Source: an uncultured Verrucomicrobiae bacterium
Lineage (GTDB): Bacteria > Verrucomicrobiota > Verrucomicrobiia > Limisphaerales > Palsa-1400
DNA length: 64,000 bases
NCBI GenBank assembly: GCA_963707025.1
Contig: CAVPOM010000006.1
Location: 224,001 to 288,000, forward strand
Direction of reading: 5' to 3'
Positions 8,542 to 20,600 of this stretch are shown here, in pieces. A program made the translations under genes and the position numbers. Positions within the stretch are counted from its first letter, which is position 1. Every line of letters starts with the position of its first letter. The notes under the pieces were generated by a model. It was not told the DNA's origin and did not search any database. It was given only the letters and a program-made list of their open reading frames with translations.

Positions 8542-9378
8542 TCAGCGCAAATCGCCGGGTTTCACATGGTCCATGTCATCAAAGGACTGATTCTCTCCGG
8601 CCATGCCCCAAATAAATTTGTAGTTGCCGAATCCGCAGCCGGCATGGATGGACCAGGAGGGCGACAGCACCGCCTGCTCATTGTGGATGAACAAATGCCG
8701 GGTGGCCGCCGGTTCGCCCATGTAATGGACCAGCACGCGTTCGCCCAGGTCGAAATAAAAATAAACCTCCGTCCGCCGGCTGTGGGTGTGCGGGGGAAAA
8801 GTGTTCCAGACATTGCCCTCGGCCAGTTCGGTGTAACCCATGACGAGCTGGCAACTGCGCAGGCCCCCCGTGTGAATGTATTTGCGGATGGTGCGCAGGT
8901 TGGCGCTGGCCTGGCTTCCCAGCGTCACCGCCCCCGCCTCGCCCCGCGTCAGCACGGCCGCCGGAAAGGCCGCGTGGGCCGGACAGCTCAAAAAGAAAAA
9001 CTTGGCCAGACGGTCCGGATCCTTGCTGGCAAAGGCCACTTTGCGCGTGCCGGCGCCGAGATAGAGGCAGGCCAGCGAATCCACCGCCATGGTCTTGCCG
9101 TCCACATGCGCCTCGCCCGGACCGCCCGTGTTGATCGCGCCCAATTCGCGCTGCTCCAGAAAAAAAGGCCGGCCGGTTTCCCAATGGCTGGGCAACTCCA
9201 CCGGCTCGCGCGACGGCTCAATCCCCCCGGCGGCCAGCCGGTCCAGATCGGTGAACACGCCGTTGACCTCTCCCGGCGAGTAGAGGTCTTGCACCAGAAA
9301 AGTGCCCCGCAATTCCTCCGTGGTCATCCGTCCGGCTTCGGCCGGACGCGGCATTCGGCGAATGGTGTTTTGAATCAT
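8542..9378 (-). CDS. kduI: 5-dehydro-4-deoxy-D-glucuronate isomerase
   Basis: SCQLVMG, WNTFPPHTHSRR.EVYFYF, SPSWSIHAG, FIWGMAGEN.SFDDMD. Confidence 0.95.
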   Translation of the reverse strand: MIQNTIRRMPRPAEAGRMTTEELRGTFLVQDLYSPGEVNGVFTDLDRLAAGGIEPSREPVELPSHWETGRPFFLEQRELGAINTGGPGEAHVDGKTMAVDSLACLYLGAGTRKVAFASKDPDRLAKFFFLSCPAHAAFPAAVLTRGEAGAVTLGSQASANLRTIRKYIHTGGLRSCQLVMGYTELAEGNVWNTFPPHTHSRRTEVYFYFDLGERVLVHYMGEPAATRHLFIHNEQAVLSPSWSIHAGCGFGNYKFIWGMAGENQSFDDMDHVKPGDLR

Positions 9379-9478
9379 GGCCTTTGAATCTAAATTTTTG
9401 GCGGCGCGTTTTCAATTGAATTCTCCGTCCCTTTGGCGGCAAAATGAGCCGGTTCAGCCAAACAGCAATACATGCTTT

Positions 9479-11873
9479 ATGAAATGCGTGCTCGCTCATC
9501 TCTTCTTCCGCCGCCGCATCACTTTCATCACCGCTTTGGGTGGCTTTTGCCTGAGTGGCCCCCTTCCGGCCGCCGACACCGCGGCGATCACGCCGGCCGC
9601 TGTCCTGGCCTCGATGGAACGTGTGGCCGACTGGCAGTTGGCCAACCCCAGCTCGCATAGCCGCACCGACTGGACCTGCGCCGCGGGCGACGCCGGCTTC
9701 ATGGCGCTGGCCGGCATCTCGGGCAATCCCAAATACCGCGACGCCATGCTCGCCCTCGGCGAAACCAACCAATGGCAGCCGGGAACCAGGATTTACCATG
9801 CCGACGACCATTGCATTGGGCAAACCTACACGGAGCTTTACCTGCTCTACCGCGAACCGCGCATGATCAAACCATTGCGCGAGCGTTTTGACGCGATTTT
9901 GGCCAAACCGAGCGAGGTGCGGAGCCTGGCCTTTGGGAATCCGAAGGCCACGGAAAAACTGGTCGTGGTGCGACGCGCTGTTCATGGGGCCGCCCACCTG
10001 GCTGCGCCTCTACGCCGCCACCGATGACGAGCGCTACCTGAATTTTGCCGTGACCAATTGGTGGCGCACGGCGGATTATTTATATGACAAGGAGGAGCAT
10101 CTCTTTTTCCGCGACAGCACCTACTTTCAAAGAAAGGAAGCCAACGGGAAAAAGGTCTTTTGGAGCCGCGGCAACGGCTGGGTCATGGCCGGCCTGGCGC
10201 GCGTGTTGCAATACCTGCCCATGAATCATCCCGACCGTCCGCGTTTCGAGCAAATGTTCAAGGAGATGGCAGAAAAAGTCCTGGCCTGCCAGCAATCCGA
10301 CGGCCTCTGGCGCGCCAGCTTGCTGGACCCGGCAACTTACACCCAAAAGGAAACCAGCGGCTCCGGCTTTTACACCTACGCCCTGGCCTGGGGCGTGGAT
10401 CAGGGATTGCTGGACAAGGCAGGCTTCCAACCCGCTGTCGAGAAGGCCTGGACGGCCCTGGCCGGCTGCGTGGATGCGGACGGCCGGCTGACGCATGTCC
10501 AGCCCGTCGGGGCGACTCCAAAAACCTTTGCCGAAACCTCCACCGACATTTTTGGCGTGGGCGCGTATTTGCTGGCGGGGAGCGAAGTGTATCGCATGGC
10601 GGTTCTAGCAACGGGACCTGTCGGAATTGGGAATGGGTCTTATTCAGTGAATGGGGAGATGACAGTCAAAGTTACAAATCCCTCTTCATTCAGGCGCGAT
10701 TGTGAGACCATTGAGATTAATCCAAGGGATATTCTGAAACTTTTGGCGCCGATGAAGATACCTTCAGAATCCAATTATGAGTCGCTTGGCAAAAAATATT
10801 TCCAATCCAACGGCTTCTCTGTGATGGATGGCGTTTCTTCGCGCATTTTGGATTCGCAAACTTACGCTTCAGAACCGGGACAAGTGCCGGATAAATTGGT
10901 CTTCCAAGTTGACCTCGCGCCGGACGAGACGAGGCAGGACCGTGCCATTGTGACTGGTAATCTGCCCGCCACACCACAACCCCTGATCAAGACCTTCGCC
11001 CGCTACGTCCCGGAGCGCTACGACGATTTCGCCTGGGAGAGTGACCGTATCGCCCACCGCGTTTACGGCCAGGCGCTGATCCAGGCCGAGGGGACAGTGA
11101 CCAGCGGGCCGGATGTCTGGATCAAGCGCCAGCGCGATCTTATCATTGACAAGATGTACAAGGCCAAAAAATATCACGAGGACAATGGCGACGAGATGGA
11201 TGATTACCGGGTCGGCAACAGCCGCGGCTGCGGCGGCACGGGCATCTGGGACGGCAAAAAACTTTACGTTTCCAGCAATTATCGCAATTGGAAACTCATC
11301 ACCACCGGGCCGGTCCGCTCGGAATTCGAATTGACCTACGATCCCTGGGTGGCCGATGCCGCCAGCCGCAAAGTGGCCATGACCGAGCGCATCAGCATTG
11401 ACGCCAACTCCTGGTTCAGCCGCATGCAAACCACTTTCACCAGCGACGACCCATCGCCCCTCACCGTGGCCGTCGGCCTGGCCGAGCGCCCTGGCCGCGA
11501 GAAAGCCACCTGCGACCTCCAGGCCGGCTGGGTTGCCTATTGGCAGCCGGTGGACGCGCCCAAAGGCACGATGGGGGTCGGCCTCCTGCTCAAGCCCGGC
11601 ACCGTCAGCGCCTTCACCAACGACAACCCCAATCTGCCCGCCAGCGCCTTTACGCCGCTGACCAAGCCCTCCGTGGAAGGCGCGCCGCCCATCCGCAACA
11701 TGCTGGCCATCACCCGCGCGGAAGTGGGCCAGCCGCTGGACTATTATTTTGGCGCCTGCTGGGACCGCAGCGGCGATTTTACCAATGCCGCCGGCTGGGA
11801 AAGTTACGTCAAGCAAATGGCCGCCTGCCGCGCCCAACCGCTGGTGGTCATGGTCACCGTGGCAGGCAAGTAA
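9479..11873 (+). CDS. Secreted GH105/GH88-type unsaturated glycuronyl hydrolase fused to DUF4861-like domain; frameshift near 9955
   Basis: Signal peptide, HADD.CIGQ, WSWCDALFM, FWSRGNGWV, ETSGS; C-terminal ER.DDFAWESDRIAHRVYG, G.SRGCGG. Confidence 0.85.
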
Positions 11874-11894
11874 AAAGGCAGTGCCTTAATTTGG

Positions 11895-11944
11895 TGTAGA
11901 GTCGAGCCTGTGGCTCGACTTCGGCGCATAGCGCCGACACTACA
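11895..11944. repeat. REP-like hairpin element
   Basis: tgtagagtcgagc..gctcgact..tcggcgc..gcgccga..ctaca. Confidence 0.6.
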
Positions 11945-12071
11945 ACAACGAAATTAAGGCGCGACCAATAAATACAATGGCTGGCTAAAAGCGCCGTTCC
12001 GGTGCAAGATTCCGTCCTCGGCCGCGTATGGGGATGTGAATGGCAGCGACCGCTTAAAATTATTGGAACTT

Positions 12072-13334
12072 ATGAACACCACCCAATCCCCGGCCCGTAA
12101 ACTTGGCTTCGTCCTCGGCAGCGTCCTTGCGGGGGCGCTCACCGGATGCACCACCTATGTGGAGGAACGCCCCCCCGCGGTCTATGTCGCCCCTGAGCCG
12201 GCCCCGGTCTATGTCGCACCCGCGCCCGCGCCCGTCATCGTGGAAACGCCCGCCGCGCCGCCCGTGGTGGTGATTCAGACAGAAGCGGACTTCTATGAGC
12301 CGCTGACGCCCTACGGCCGATGGGTGGACAGGCCCGATTATGGACGGGTCTGGGTGCCAGGCGGCGTGGCGGCGGATTGGCGTCCTTACTCCAACGGCCA
12401 CTGGGAACACACGGAGGCCGGCTGGTTTTGGGCCAGCGATGAGCCTTGGGCCTGGGCCACTTACCATTATGGCCGGTGGGATAACTCCCCCGATCTGGGC
12501 TGGTATTGGGTTCCACAGACGCAATGGGCGCCGGCCTGGGTGGCCTGGCGGAGCGGCGGCGGCTTCACTGGCTGGGCGCCGCTGCCCCCGCCGCCCCGGA
12601 TCGAACGCGGCATGCGCCGGGAGGTGGATGTCAACGCCATCGCGTCCCGTTCCTTTGTCTTTGTCGAGGAACGCCGCTTCACCGAACCGCTCCGAACCTC
12701 GACCGTCATCGCCAACAATGTCCAAATCGCCAGCAGGACGGTCATCATCAACAACACCACCATTGTCAACAAGACCGTCCTCAACCCCGGCCCGCCGCTC
12801 GCCGCCATCGAGAAGGCCGCCGGCCACCCCGTCCCGGCCGTCGCGGTCCAAGACCTGCGCCACACCGCGGAGGCGCATGTGGCCGCGCCGCGCGCAGCCG
12901 CTCCGCCTGCTGCTCTGCCTGCCGCCCCGCCGCGCCCTGCCGCTCCTCCGGCTGCTGTCCGTCCCCCTGCTCCCAAGGCCGCCGAAAACCGTCCCGCTCC
13001 TCCGTCGGCCACGCCCAAACCCGCTGTCGCGGAAACCAGCCGGCCCAAGCCGCCTTCCGCCGGGCCTGTCCGTGCCGGCGCGCCGCAACCAACCCCGGCC
13101 AAGCCGGCGCAAGTCCGTCCCACTCCCCCCGCGGCCACGCCCAAACCCGCCGTCGCCGAAACCGGCCGGCCCAAGCCGCCGTCCGCCGGGCCTGTCCGTG
13201 CCGGCGCGCCGCAACCAACCCCGGCCAGGCCGGCGCAAGTCCGTCCCGCTTCGCCGCCAGCCAAACACGGCGCCCCGGAAAAACCGGAAAAGCCGGAGCC
13301 CAAGGACGAAAACAAGAAACCCGGCCAGCCCTAG
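12072..13334 (+). CDS. DUF6600-like lipoprotein with Pro/Ala-rich tail
   Basis: Lipobox LTGC; FYEPL.PYGRW, WRPY..GHW, WAWATYHYGRW, WAPAWVAWR; 126-nt tandem duplication 13006-13247. Confidence 0.8.
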   Translation: MNTTQSPARKLGFVLGSVLAGALTGCTTYVEERPPAVYVAPEPAPVYVAPAPAPVIVETPAAPPVVVIQTEADFYEPLTPYGRWVDRPDYGRVWVPGGVAADWRPYSNGHWEHTEAGWFWASDEPWAWATYHYGRWDNSPDLGWYWVPQTQWAPAWVAWRSGGGFTGWAPLPPPPRIERGMRREVDVNAIASRSFVFVEERRFTEPLRTSTVIANNVQIASRTVIINNTTIVNKTVLNPGPPLAAIEKAAGHPVPAVAVQDLRHTAEAHVAAPRAAAPPAALPAAPPRPAAPPAAVRPPAPKAAENRPAPPSATPKPAVAETSRPKPPSAGPVRAGAPQPTPAKPAQVRPTPPAATPKPAVAETGRPKPPSAGPVRAGAPQPTPARPAQVRPASPPAKHGAPEKPEKPEPKDENKKPGQP

Positions 13335-13377
13335 GCCCGGAGCCAACTGGCCACAACTCGTCCAGAAAGAATACGCT

Positions 13378-13596
13378 ATGAGAAAATACCTTGTCCCAGC
13401 CACGCTCGCCCTTTCCGCCATCCTTTTGTTTGGCGGCTGTGTCGGAGGATTAAACCTGGGCGGCGGCACCAAAACGGAAGTCAGAAACCCCACTCTGGGC
13501 CAGCAACTGATTGATCTGCAAAAAGCCCGCGATTCCGGCGCCATCACCCCGGCCGAATACGACGCCAAGAAAGCCGAGTTGCTCACCAAGAAGTGA
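13378..13596 (+). CDS. SHOCT-domain small lipoprotein
   Basis: Lipobox FGGC; TLGQQLIDLQKARDSGAITPAEYDAKKAELL. Confidence 0.85.
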   Translation: MRKYLVPATLALSAILLFGGCVGGLNLGGGTKTEVRNPTLGQQLIDLQKARDSGAITPAEYDAKKAELLTKK

Positions 13597-13619
13597 GCCG
13601 GACAAGCCGCCCGGCCGTC

Positions 13620-13730
13620 CAGCGCAGCCGTCGCGCCGGCGGGTTACAGCGGCGTCCCGCCGCGATGGCCCAACACCATTGCCGGGCGGGACGCCGCGTG
13701 AACCCGCACTCCAGGACGCCTGCGCCCCCC
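13620..13730. repeat. REP-like palindromic cluster
   Basis: gcggcgtcccgcc ... ggcgggacgccgc inverted arms, ggacgcctgcgccccc end. Confidence 0.6.
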
Positions 13731-13764
13731 AACTTACGGGCAGATAATTGTTCGGAATGAACGC

Positions 13765-13793
13765 TTGACATAATTTGAACACAGGTTTAGATT
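13765..13793 (+). promoter_or_regulatory. Sigma70-type promoter upstream of the two-component cluster
   Basis: TTGACA-17 nt-TAGATT in an AT-rich stretch. Confidence 0.55.
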
Positions 13794-13886
13794 TTTAGGC
13801 TGATCACACCGGATTGGTCCATCGGCCAATCCCCAAGGGGCAACGCGGGGTGTCTCTGTGAGGGTTTATTTCAAACTTGGAGCAGG

Positions 13887-15602
13887 TTGCAGGGATGGCG
13901 GGATATGAAATCGGGAGTAAGAAGGGACGACATGTTTGGGGCCGGGAAAAATCGCCGTCGGCGAAAGGCGACCCTGCCGCGTGCTTCGCTTTCGGGCCTA
14001 AAGGCGGCTCGTGATGAAGGCGCGATCAGGAGGAAGAATCCAGGCGCGCACCAGCCCGGTCAGGACACACACCACCTCCGTGACATCACCAGGCGCGAGC
14101 AGGCCTTGCGGTCCGCTTCGGCCTACACGCGCAGCCTCATCGAAGCCAGCCTCGATCCCTTTGTCACCATCAGCCCGGCGGGAAAGATTACCGACGTGAA
14201 CGGGGCCTCGGTACAGGCCACCGGCGTGCCCCGCGAGAAACTCATCGGCACCGATTTCTCGGATTATTTTACGGAGCCGGCCAAGGCGCGGGAGGGCTAC
14301 CGAAAGGTGTTCTCGGAAGGCCTGGTGCGCGACTATCCTCTGGCTATCCGGCACGTCTCGGGCCGCGTCACCGAGGTGCTCTACAACGCCGCCGTCTATC
14401 GGGACGGAATGGGCCAGGTGCTGGGCGTCTTTGCCGCCGCGCGCGACATTACAAAACGCAAGGAGGCGGAGCAGGCCTTGCGGTCCGCTTCGGCCTACAC
14501 GCGCAGCTTGATCGAAGCCAGCCTCGACCCGTTGGTCACCATCAGCGCCGAGGGCAAGATCACCGACGTGAACGAGGCCTCGGTGCAGGCCACCGGCGTG
14601 CCCCGCGACAAACTCATCGGCACCGACTTCTCGGATTATTTCACCGAGCCGGAGAAGGCGCGCGAGGGCTACCGGCGCGTCTTCTCGCAAGGCTTCGTGC
14701 GGGACTATCCCCTGGCCATCCGCCACCGGTCGGGGGCCATCACGGAGGTACTCTACAACGCCAGCGTGTTCCGCAATGAGCAAGGCCAGGTGCTGGGCGT
14801 CTTTGCCGCCGCGCGCGACATTACCGAACGCAAGCGGGCGGAGGCGCAGGTTCAGCAGCTCAACGCCGAACTGGAGCAGCGCGTCCGCGAACGCACCGCC
14901 GAACTGACCGCCGCCAACAAGGAACTGGAAGCCTTCTCCTATTCCGTTTCGCATGATTTGCGCGCCCCGCTGCGGCACGTCGCCGGTTTTGCCGATCTGC
15001 TGGCCAAGGCCGCGGGGCCTGGGCTGCAGGACCGGAGCCGGCATTATCTGGAAGAAATCCTGGACTCCGTCAAACAGATGGGCTGCCTGATTGACGATTT
15101 GCTGCTTTTCTCCCGGATGGGGCGCGCCGAGATGCGGCTCGAAGCGGTGGACCTGGAGGCGCTGGTGAACGACGCCAGAAAACAGCTCGAGCCGGAAAAC
15201 AAAGGCCGGGACATTCGCTGGAAGCAGAGCGCCCTCCTCCCAGTGCAGGCAGACGGGGCGCTGCTGCGGCAGGTCCTGTTCAATCTGCTGTCCAATGCCT
15301 TGAAGTACACCCGTCCGCGCCAGCCGGCGGAGATTGAAATCGGATGCGACGGCAGCAGCCCGGAGGAAATCGTCGTGTTCGTGCGGGACAACGGAGTCGG
15401 CTTCGACATGGCCTACGCCGACAAGCTCTTTGGGGTATTCCAACGCCTTCATTCAGACAAGGAGTTCGAAGGCACGGGCATCGGCCTGGCCAGCGTGCGG
15501 CGCATCATCGCCCGGCATGGCGGGCGGACCTGGGCCGAAGGCAAGGTCAACGCGGGCGCCACTTTTTATTTCTCATTACCGAAAAACCCATCATCCACAT
15601 AA
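13887..15602 (+). CDS. PAS-PAS sensor histidine kinase (Cph1-like HisKA); start uncertain
   Basis: Two near-identical PAS domains (372-nt period), FSYSVSHDLRAPLR, NLLSNALKY, DNGVGF, GTGIGLA. Confidence 0.92.
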   Translation: MQGWRDMKSGVRRDDMFGAGKNRRRRKATLPRASLSGLKAARDEGAIRRKNPGAHQPGQDTHHLRDITRREQALRSASAYTRSLIEASLDPFVTISPAGKITDVNGASVQATGVPREKLIGTDFSDYFTEPAKAREGYRKVFSEGLVRDYPLAIRHVSGRVTEVLYNAAVYRDGMGQVLGVFAAARDITKRKEAEQALRSASAYTRSLIEASLDPLVTISAEGKITDVNEASVQATGVPRDKLIGTDFSDYFTEPEKAREGYRRVFSQGFVRDYPLAIRHRSGAITEVLYNASVFRNEQGQVLGVFAAARDITERKRAEAQVQQLNAELEQRVRERTAELTAANKELEAFSYSVSHDLRAPLRHVAGFADLLAKAAGPGLQDRSRHYLEEILDSVKQMGCLIDDLLLFSRMGRAEMRLEAVDLEALVNDARKQLEPENKGRDIRWKQSALLPVQADGALLRQVLFNLLSNALKYTRPRQPAEIEIGCDGSSPEEIVVFVRDNGVGFDMAYADKLFGVFQRLHSDKEFEGTGIGLASVRRIIARHGGRTWAEGKVNAGATFYFSLPKNPSST

Positions 15603-15606
15603 AATT

Positions 15607-16114
15607 ATGATCGCACTCAAACGCATTCTCCTGGTTGAAGACAACGGCAAAGACGTTCGAACTGACTCTCGGCGCGCTGCAAGAACATCGGCTGGCCAAC
15701 GAGGTCGTGGTCGCCCGCGACGGCGTTGAAGCGCTGGATTATCTCCATGCCCGCGGCAAGTTCGCCGGACGCAGCGATGGCAATCCGGCGGTCGTGCTGC
15801 TGGACATCAAAATGCCGCGGATGGGCGGGCTGGAGGTATTGCGGCACGTCAAAGCCGACCCGGATTTGAAGAGCGTCCCGATTGTGATGTTGACCTCCTC
15901 GCGGGAGGAACCCGACTTGCAGGAGGCCTACCAACTGGGGGTCAATGCCTACGTGGTCAAACCGGTGGATTTTCAGCGGTTCACCGACGTGGTCGGCCAG
16001 GTCGGCGCCTTCTGGGCCGTCGTCAACGAACTGCCGTCGCATTTAAGGAGGGAAAAAACTTCGCCGCCCATCGGCGAAGTCATTTCCCCCCGGAAACAAA
16101 AAGGCCAACAATGA
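15607..16114 (+). CDS. Single-domain response regulator (Rcp1-like); frameshift near 15655
   Basis: ILLVEDN in one frame, LLDIKMP, LTSS.EE.D, NAYVVKP in the next. Confidence 0.88.
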
Positions 16115-17661
16115 AATCCCCGCTCCACATTTTGCACCTGGAGGATAATCCAAAAGATGCCCAGATCGTTCAATCCGCCCTGGAAGACGCGGGCATTTCT
16201 TGTGCGGCCACCCGTGTGCAAAACCAGGATGATTTTGTGGCGGCCCTCCAACGCGGCGGCATTGACTTGATCCTTTCCGACTGCGCGCTGCCCGGCTTCG
16301 ACGGGATGTCGGCGTTGAAAATCGCGCAGGCCAACTGGCCGGCCATCCCGGTCATCTTCGTCTCTGGCACGCTGGGTGAGGAACGGGCCATTGACTCGCT
16401 CAAGAGCGGCGCGACGGACTATGTGCTGAAGGATCGTCTGAGCCGCCTGGTTCCGGCCGTGCGCCGGGCCATGCAGGAAGTCGAAGAACGGGCCGAACGC
16501 CGCCGGCTGGAGGCGCAGTTTGTCGAAGCGCAAAAGATGGAAGTCATCGGCCAGCTCGCCGGCGGCATGGCCCATGACTTTAATAATATCCTCTTCGTCA
16601 TCATGAGTTACAACGATTTGATAACCCGGGGCCTGGCCCAGGACAGTCCCCTGCACACCTACAGCGATGAGATCCGCCACGCCACCGAACGCGCCGCCGC
16701 CTTGACCCGGCAACTGCTCATCTTCAGCCGCAAAGAAAACGTGCAGCCCGTCGTCCTGGACCTCAATGACGTGCTCAAGGACCTGGACAAAATGCTGCGG
16801 CGGTTCATTGGGGAAAACATCGAATTGACCATGGTTCCCGGCCGGGACATCGCCTGCGTCAAGGCCGACCCCGGCCATGTGGGGCAAGTGCTGATGAACC
16901 TGGTCGTCAATGCCCGCGATGCCATGCCCAATGGCGGCAAGCTGAACATCGCCACCCGGAATGCCACCCTGGATGAAAACTACCCCCGCGCCCACCCCGG
17001 CGTCGTGGCCGGCCACTACGTCAGGCTCAGTGTCAGCGACACCGGAACCGGCATGAGCGATGAAGTCAAAGCCCATTTGTTTGAGGCCTTTTTTACCACC
17101 AAGCCCAAGGGCAAGGGCACCGGTTTGGGCCTGGCCACCTGTCAAACCATCGTCCAGCAATCCGGCGGCCATATCGGCGTGGACACTGAGCCGGGCAAAG
17201 GCACCACCTTCCAGGTTTATTTTCCGCAGGCCCGTCAGCCGCGCGCGGCCGCGGCCAGACCGATCCAGACCGGGCCGTTGCCGCGCGGGGCGGAAACCTT
17301 GCTGGTGGTGGAAGATGAACCTGCCGTCCGGCACCTGGCTCGCGACATATTGAAAGCCCAGGGTTATGGGGTGGTGTCGGCCGCCAACGGGCAGGAGGCC
17401 TTGCAGGCGGTGCGCGATCATCAAGGAGCGCCTATTCGCTTGGCCATCACCGATGTCATCATGCCGCGGATGGGCGGCAAAGTGATGGCGGAGTGGCTGC
17501 ATACCACTTATCCCGATCTGAAAATCCTCTTCACCTCCGGTTACATGGATGACGCCATTACGCAAGACGGCGTCTTCGAGCCGGGCGTCGCCTTTCTGCC
17601 CAAACCCTACACCCCGGCCGTCCTTGTCCACAAAGTGCGGGCGATGTTGGACGGCAAATGA
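16111..17661 (+). CDS. Hybrid histidine kinase REC-HisKA-HATPase-REC
   Basis: [41 protein letters not shown]. Confidence 0.93.
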   Translation: MKSPLHILHLEDNPKDAQIVQSALEDAGISCAATRVQNQDDFVAALQRGGIDLILSDCALPGFDGMSALKIAQANWPAIPVIFVSGTLGEERAIDSLKSGATDYVLKDRLSRLVPAVRRAMQEVEERAERRRLEAQFVEAQKMEVIGQLAGGMAHDFNNILFVIMSYNDLITRGLAQDSPLHTYSDEIRHATERAAALTRQLLIFSRKENVQPVVLDLNDVLKDLDKMLRRFIGENIELTMVPGRDIACVKADPGHVGQVLMNLVVNARDAMPNGGKLNIATRNATLDENYPRAHPGVVAGHYVRLSVSDTGTGMSDEVKAHLFEAFFTTKPKGKGTGLGLATCQTIVQQSGGHIGVDTEPGKGTTFQVYFPQARQPRAAAARPIQTGPLPRGAETLLVVEDEPAVRHLARDILKAQGYGVVSAANGQEALQAVRDHQGAPIRLAITDVIMPRMGGKVMAEWLHTTYPDLKILFTSGYMDDAITQDGVFEPGVAFLPKPYTPAVLVHKVRAMLDGK

Positions 17662-17662
17662 C

Positions 17663-20600
17663 ATGCGACCTAACCCTCATCTTTGGCCTTCTGTCTTTTG
17701 GGTCCTGTCCTATTGGAAACCGTCGCGCCGGGAGAAGGGTTTCCCTTCTTCGCAAAAGGTATTGCTGCTGGCGGCGATCATGTTATGCACGGCCCGGTTC
17801 TGCCTGGCTGCTCAGGAGGCCTTCCCCGCCGCGGCCGTGCCGGTTTCCGTCCCGCCTCCCGTTCTCACCAACGCCATCCAAGTGCTGGAACTGCCGGCGG
17901 ATCAACTGGCGCTGTCCAACCATGTGAGGCTGCGCGGCGTGATGACGTTCGTGGACCCGGGCGCCAGGTACGGCTTCGTGCAGGATGAAACCGCCGGCGC
18001 GGCCGTGTTTTGGACCAATCGCCTGCCTCCCGCCGCCGCCGGACAATTGGTGGAGATGGAGGGGAGAGTGGATGCCAATGTTTACGCCCCCACCATAAGC
18101 CGGCCGGTTTTCCACCAAATCGGGCCGGGCGAGTTTCCCAAGCCGCTCAAGGTTTCCTTCCCCGATTTGTGGGCCGGACGGGCCGATTGCCAATGGGTCG
18201 AGGTGGACGGGTTGGTTCGTTCGGCCACGATGATGACCAATGATTTCCTGGTTTTGGAGGTCGCCATGGGCCGGGCGCAGAGACTGGGGGTTTCGATTCT
18301 CTCGACAAACAAACTGGATGCCTCCGGCTGGGTCAACTCGCGGGTCCGCATCCATGGCGTAGCCTGTGGATCCTTCAACAGCAAAGAGCAATTTATCACC
18401 GCCGAATTGCTCGTGCCCTCCATTGACCAGGTCACGATGCTGGCGGCGGCCCCGTCAGACCCCTATTCGCTTCCCCTTACTCGCCTGGCTTCGTTGGGTC
18501 ATAGGGCGGAGAAACGGGCGGGGGAGCAAATTCATATCCAGGGTGTGGCGACGTTGCTGCTGCCGGGCGAGGCCTTGTTCGTGCGCCAGGGAACCAACAG
18601 CATCGAGGTGCGCACCTCGGAGATGGGCGGCGCGAAACCGGGGGACCAAGTGGATGTCGTCGGTTTTTATGAGAAAACGGACCACGCGCTGATCATCGAG
18701 GACGGGAGTTTTCGCCGTCTGGCCGCCGGACCGCCGCCGATCCCTTTGGCGGTGACAATGGATGAAATTGCCAGCGGCCGGATTGACGCGGAATTGGTGA
18801 CGATCCCTGCCAAGGTGTTGGAGTGGCGGCACGGGCCGTCGGAACGGGCCATCATGTTGCAAGGGACAAACCATGTCATTTTCAAAGCGCGGCTCAACAA
18901 CGCCAATAACATCATCGAGTTTCCCAGGGGCAGCCGTCTGCGGGTGACGGGCGTCTGCTTGATCGCGGTGGATCAAAACCTGGATGTGCGCTCCTTTGAA
19001 TTGCGCCTGCGCTCGGCCGAGGATCTGGTGTTGTTGCAGCGCCCGGCCTGGTGGACGCCAGCGCGCATTCTTTGGGTGCTGGGAGCCTTGGCAGCGGGGG
19101 TGGCCACGACTTTGGGGTGGGTCTGGTTCTTGAAGCGCGCCAATGTCCGCTTGGAGCGGCGCGTGGCCGAGCGCACGGCGGAATTGGCCAAAGCCAATTT
19201 GGCGCTCCAAGTGGAAAACGCCGCGCGCAAACGCATCGGGGAACAACTTCGCGTGCAGGCCACCGCGCTCGATGCCGCCGCCAATGCCATCGTCATCACC
19301 GACCACCACGGCGCCATCCTATCCGTTAACCCCGCTTTCACGGCTCTGACCGGCTACACCGCACAGGAAGCCGCCGGACAAAACCCGCGCTTCCTCAAAA
19401 GCGGCAAACAAGGTGAGGCCTTCTATCGAAATCTCTGGCAGACCATTTCCGCCGGCCAAGTCTGGCGGGGGGAACTGACCAACCGCCGCAAGGACGGCAG
19501 CCTTTACCACGAAGAGATGACCATCACTCCGTTGCGGAACCCCGACGGCACCATTGCGCGCTACATTGCCATAAAACACGACATCTCGGAGCGCAAGCGG
19601 GCCGAGGAGGAGCTCAAATTCAAGAGTGTCATCCTGTCCACACAACAGGAAGTCTCTATTGATGGCATCCTGGTGGTTGACGAGAACGGCGCCGTCCTGT
19701 CGTACAACCGCCGGTTTGTCCAGATGTGGGGCATCCCGGCGGAGTTGATCGAAAAGAAAGTGGACAAGCTCCTGCTGGACTTTGTGCTCGACCAGTTGGC
19801 GGATGCCAAGTCGTTCCTCCAGCGCGTGCAATACCTTTACCAGCACCGGCGGGAGATTAACCGGGAAGAAATCCTGCTGAAGGACGGCCGCGTCTTTGAC
19901 CGCTACTCGGCCCCCATGCTCGCAGCCGATGATCATTACTACGGCCGCGTCTGGTCTTTCCGCGACATCACCGCGCGCCAGCAAGCGGAGGAAAAGCTGA
20001 AGTTGTTCCGCGCGCTGATTGAGCGCTCCAACGAGGGCATCTACGTGGTGGATCCGGCCACGGGACGCTTCCTGGATGCCAATGAGAGCGCCTACCAGGC
20101 GCTGGGTTACACGCGCCAGGAGTTGCTGGCGTTGACGGTGTTCGAGGTGGCGGCGGGGGTTGACCGCGCCATGTTCGAGGCCGGCAACACGAAGATTGAA
20201 AAAACGGGCCATGCCACGATGGAAGTCCTGCACCGGCGCAAAGACGGCACCACCTATCCGGTGGAAGCGGGCCTGTCGTTTGTCACGCTCGACCGCACGT
20301 ATCAGGTGGCCATCGTGCGCGATATCACCCAACGCAAGCAGTTGGAGAATGCCGTGCGCGCCAGCGAGCAGAAATTCAAGAGCCTCTTCGAAGACTCCCG
20401 CGACGCCATCATGACTTTCGAGCCTCCTTCCTGGAAGTTCACCTGCGGCAATCCGGCGGCGATCAAGATGTTCGGGGCTAAAAACGAGGAGGACTTTATT
20501 TCGCACTGTCCCTGGGACCTTTCTCCCGAGCGCCAGCCAGACGGGCGCGCTTCCGCTGAAAAAGCCAGGGAGATGATTGAGAAAGCCATGCGCCGAGGCT

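Noticed and set aside
13800..13886. Riboswitch in the leader of the kinase cluster
   Set aside because: Only a small hairpin (gattggtccatcggccaatc); no aptamer consensus recognised; an Rfam scan would be needed.
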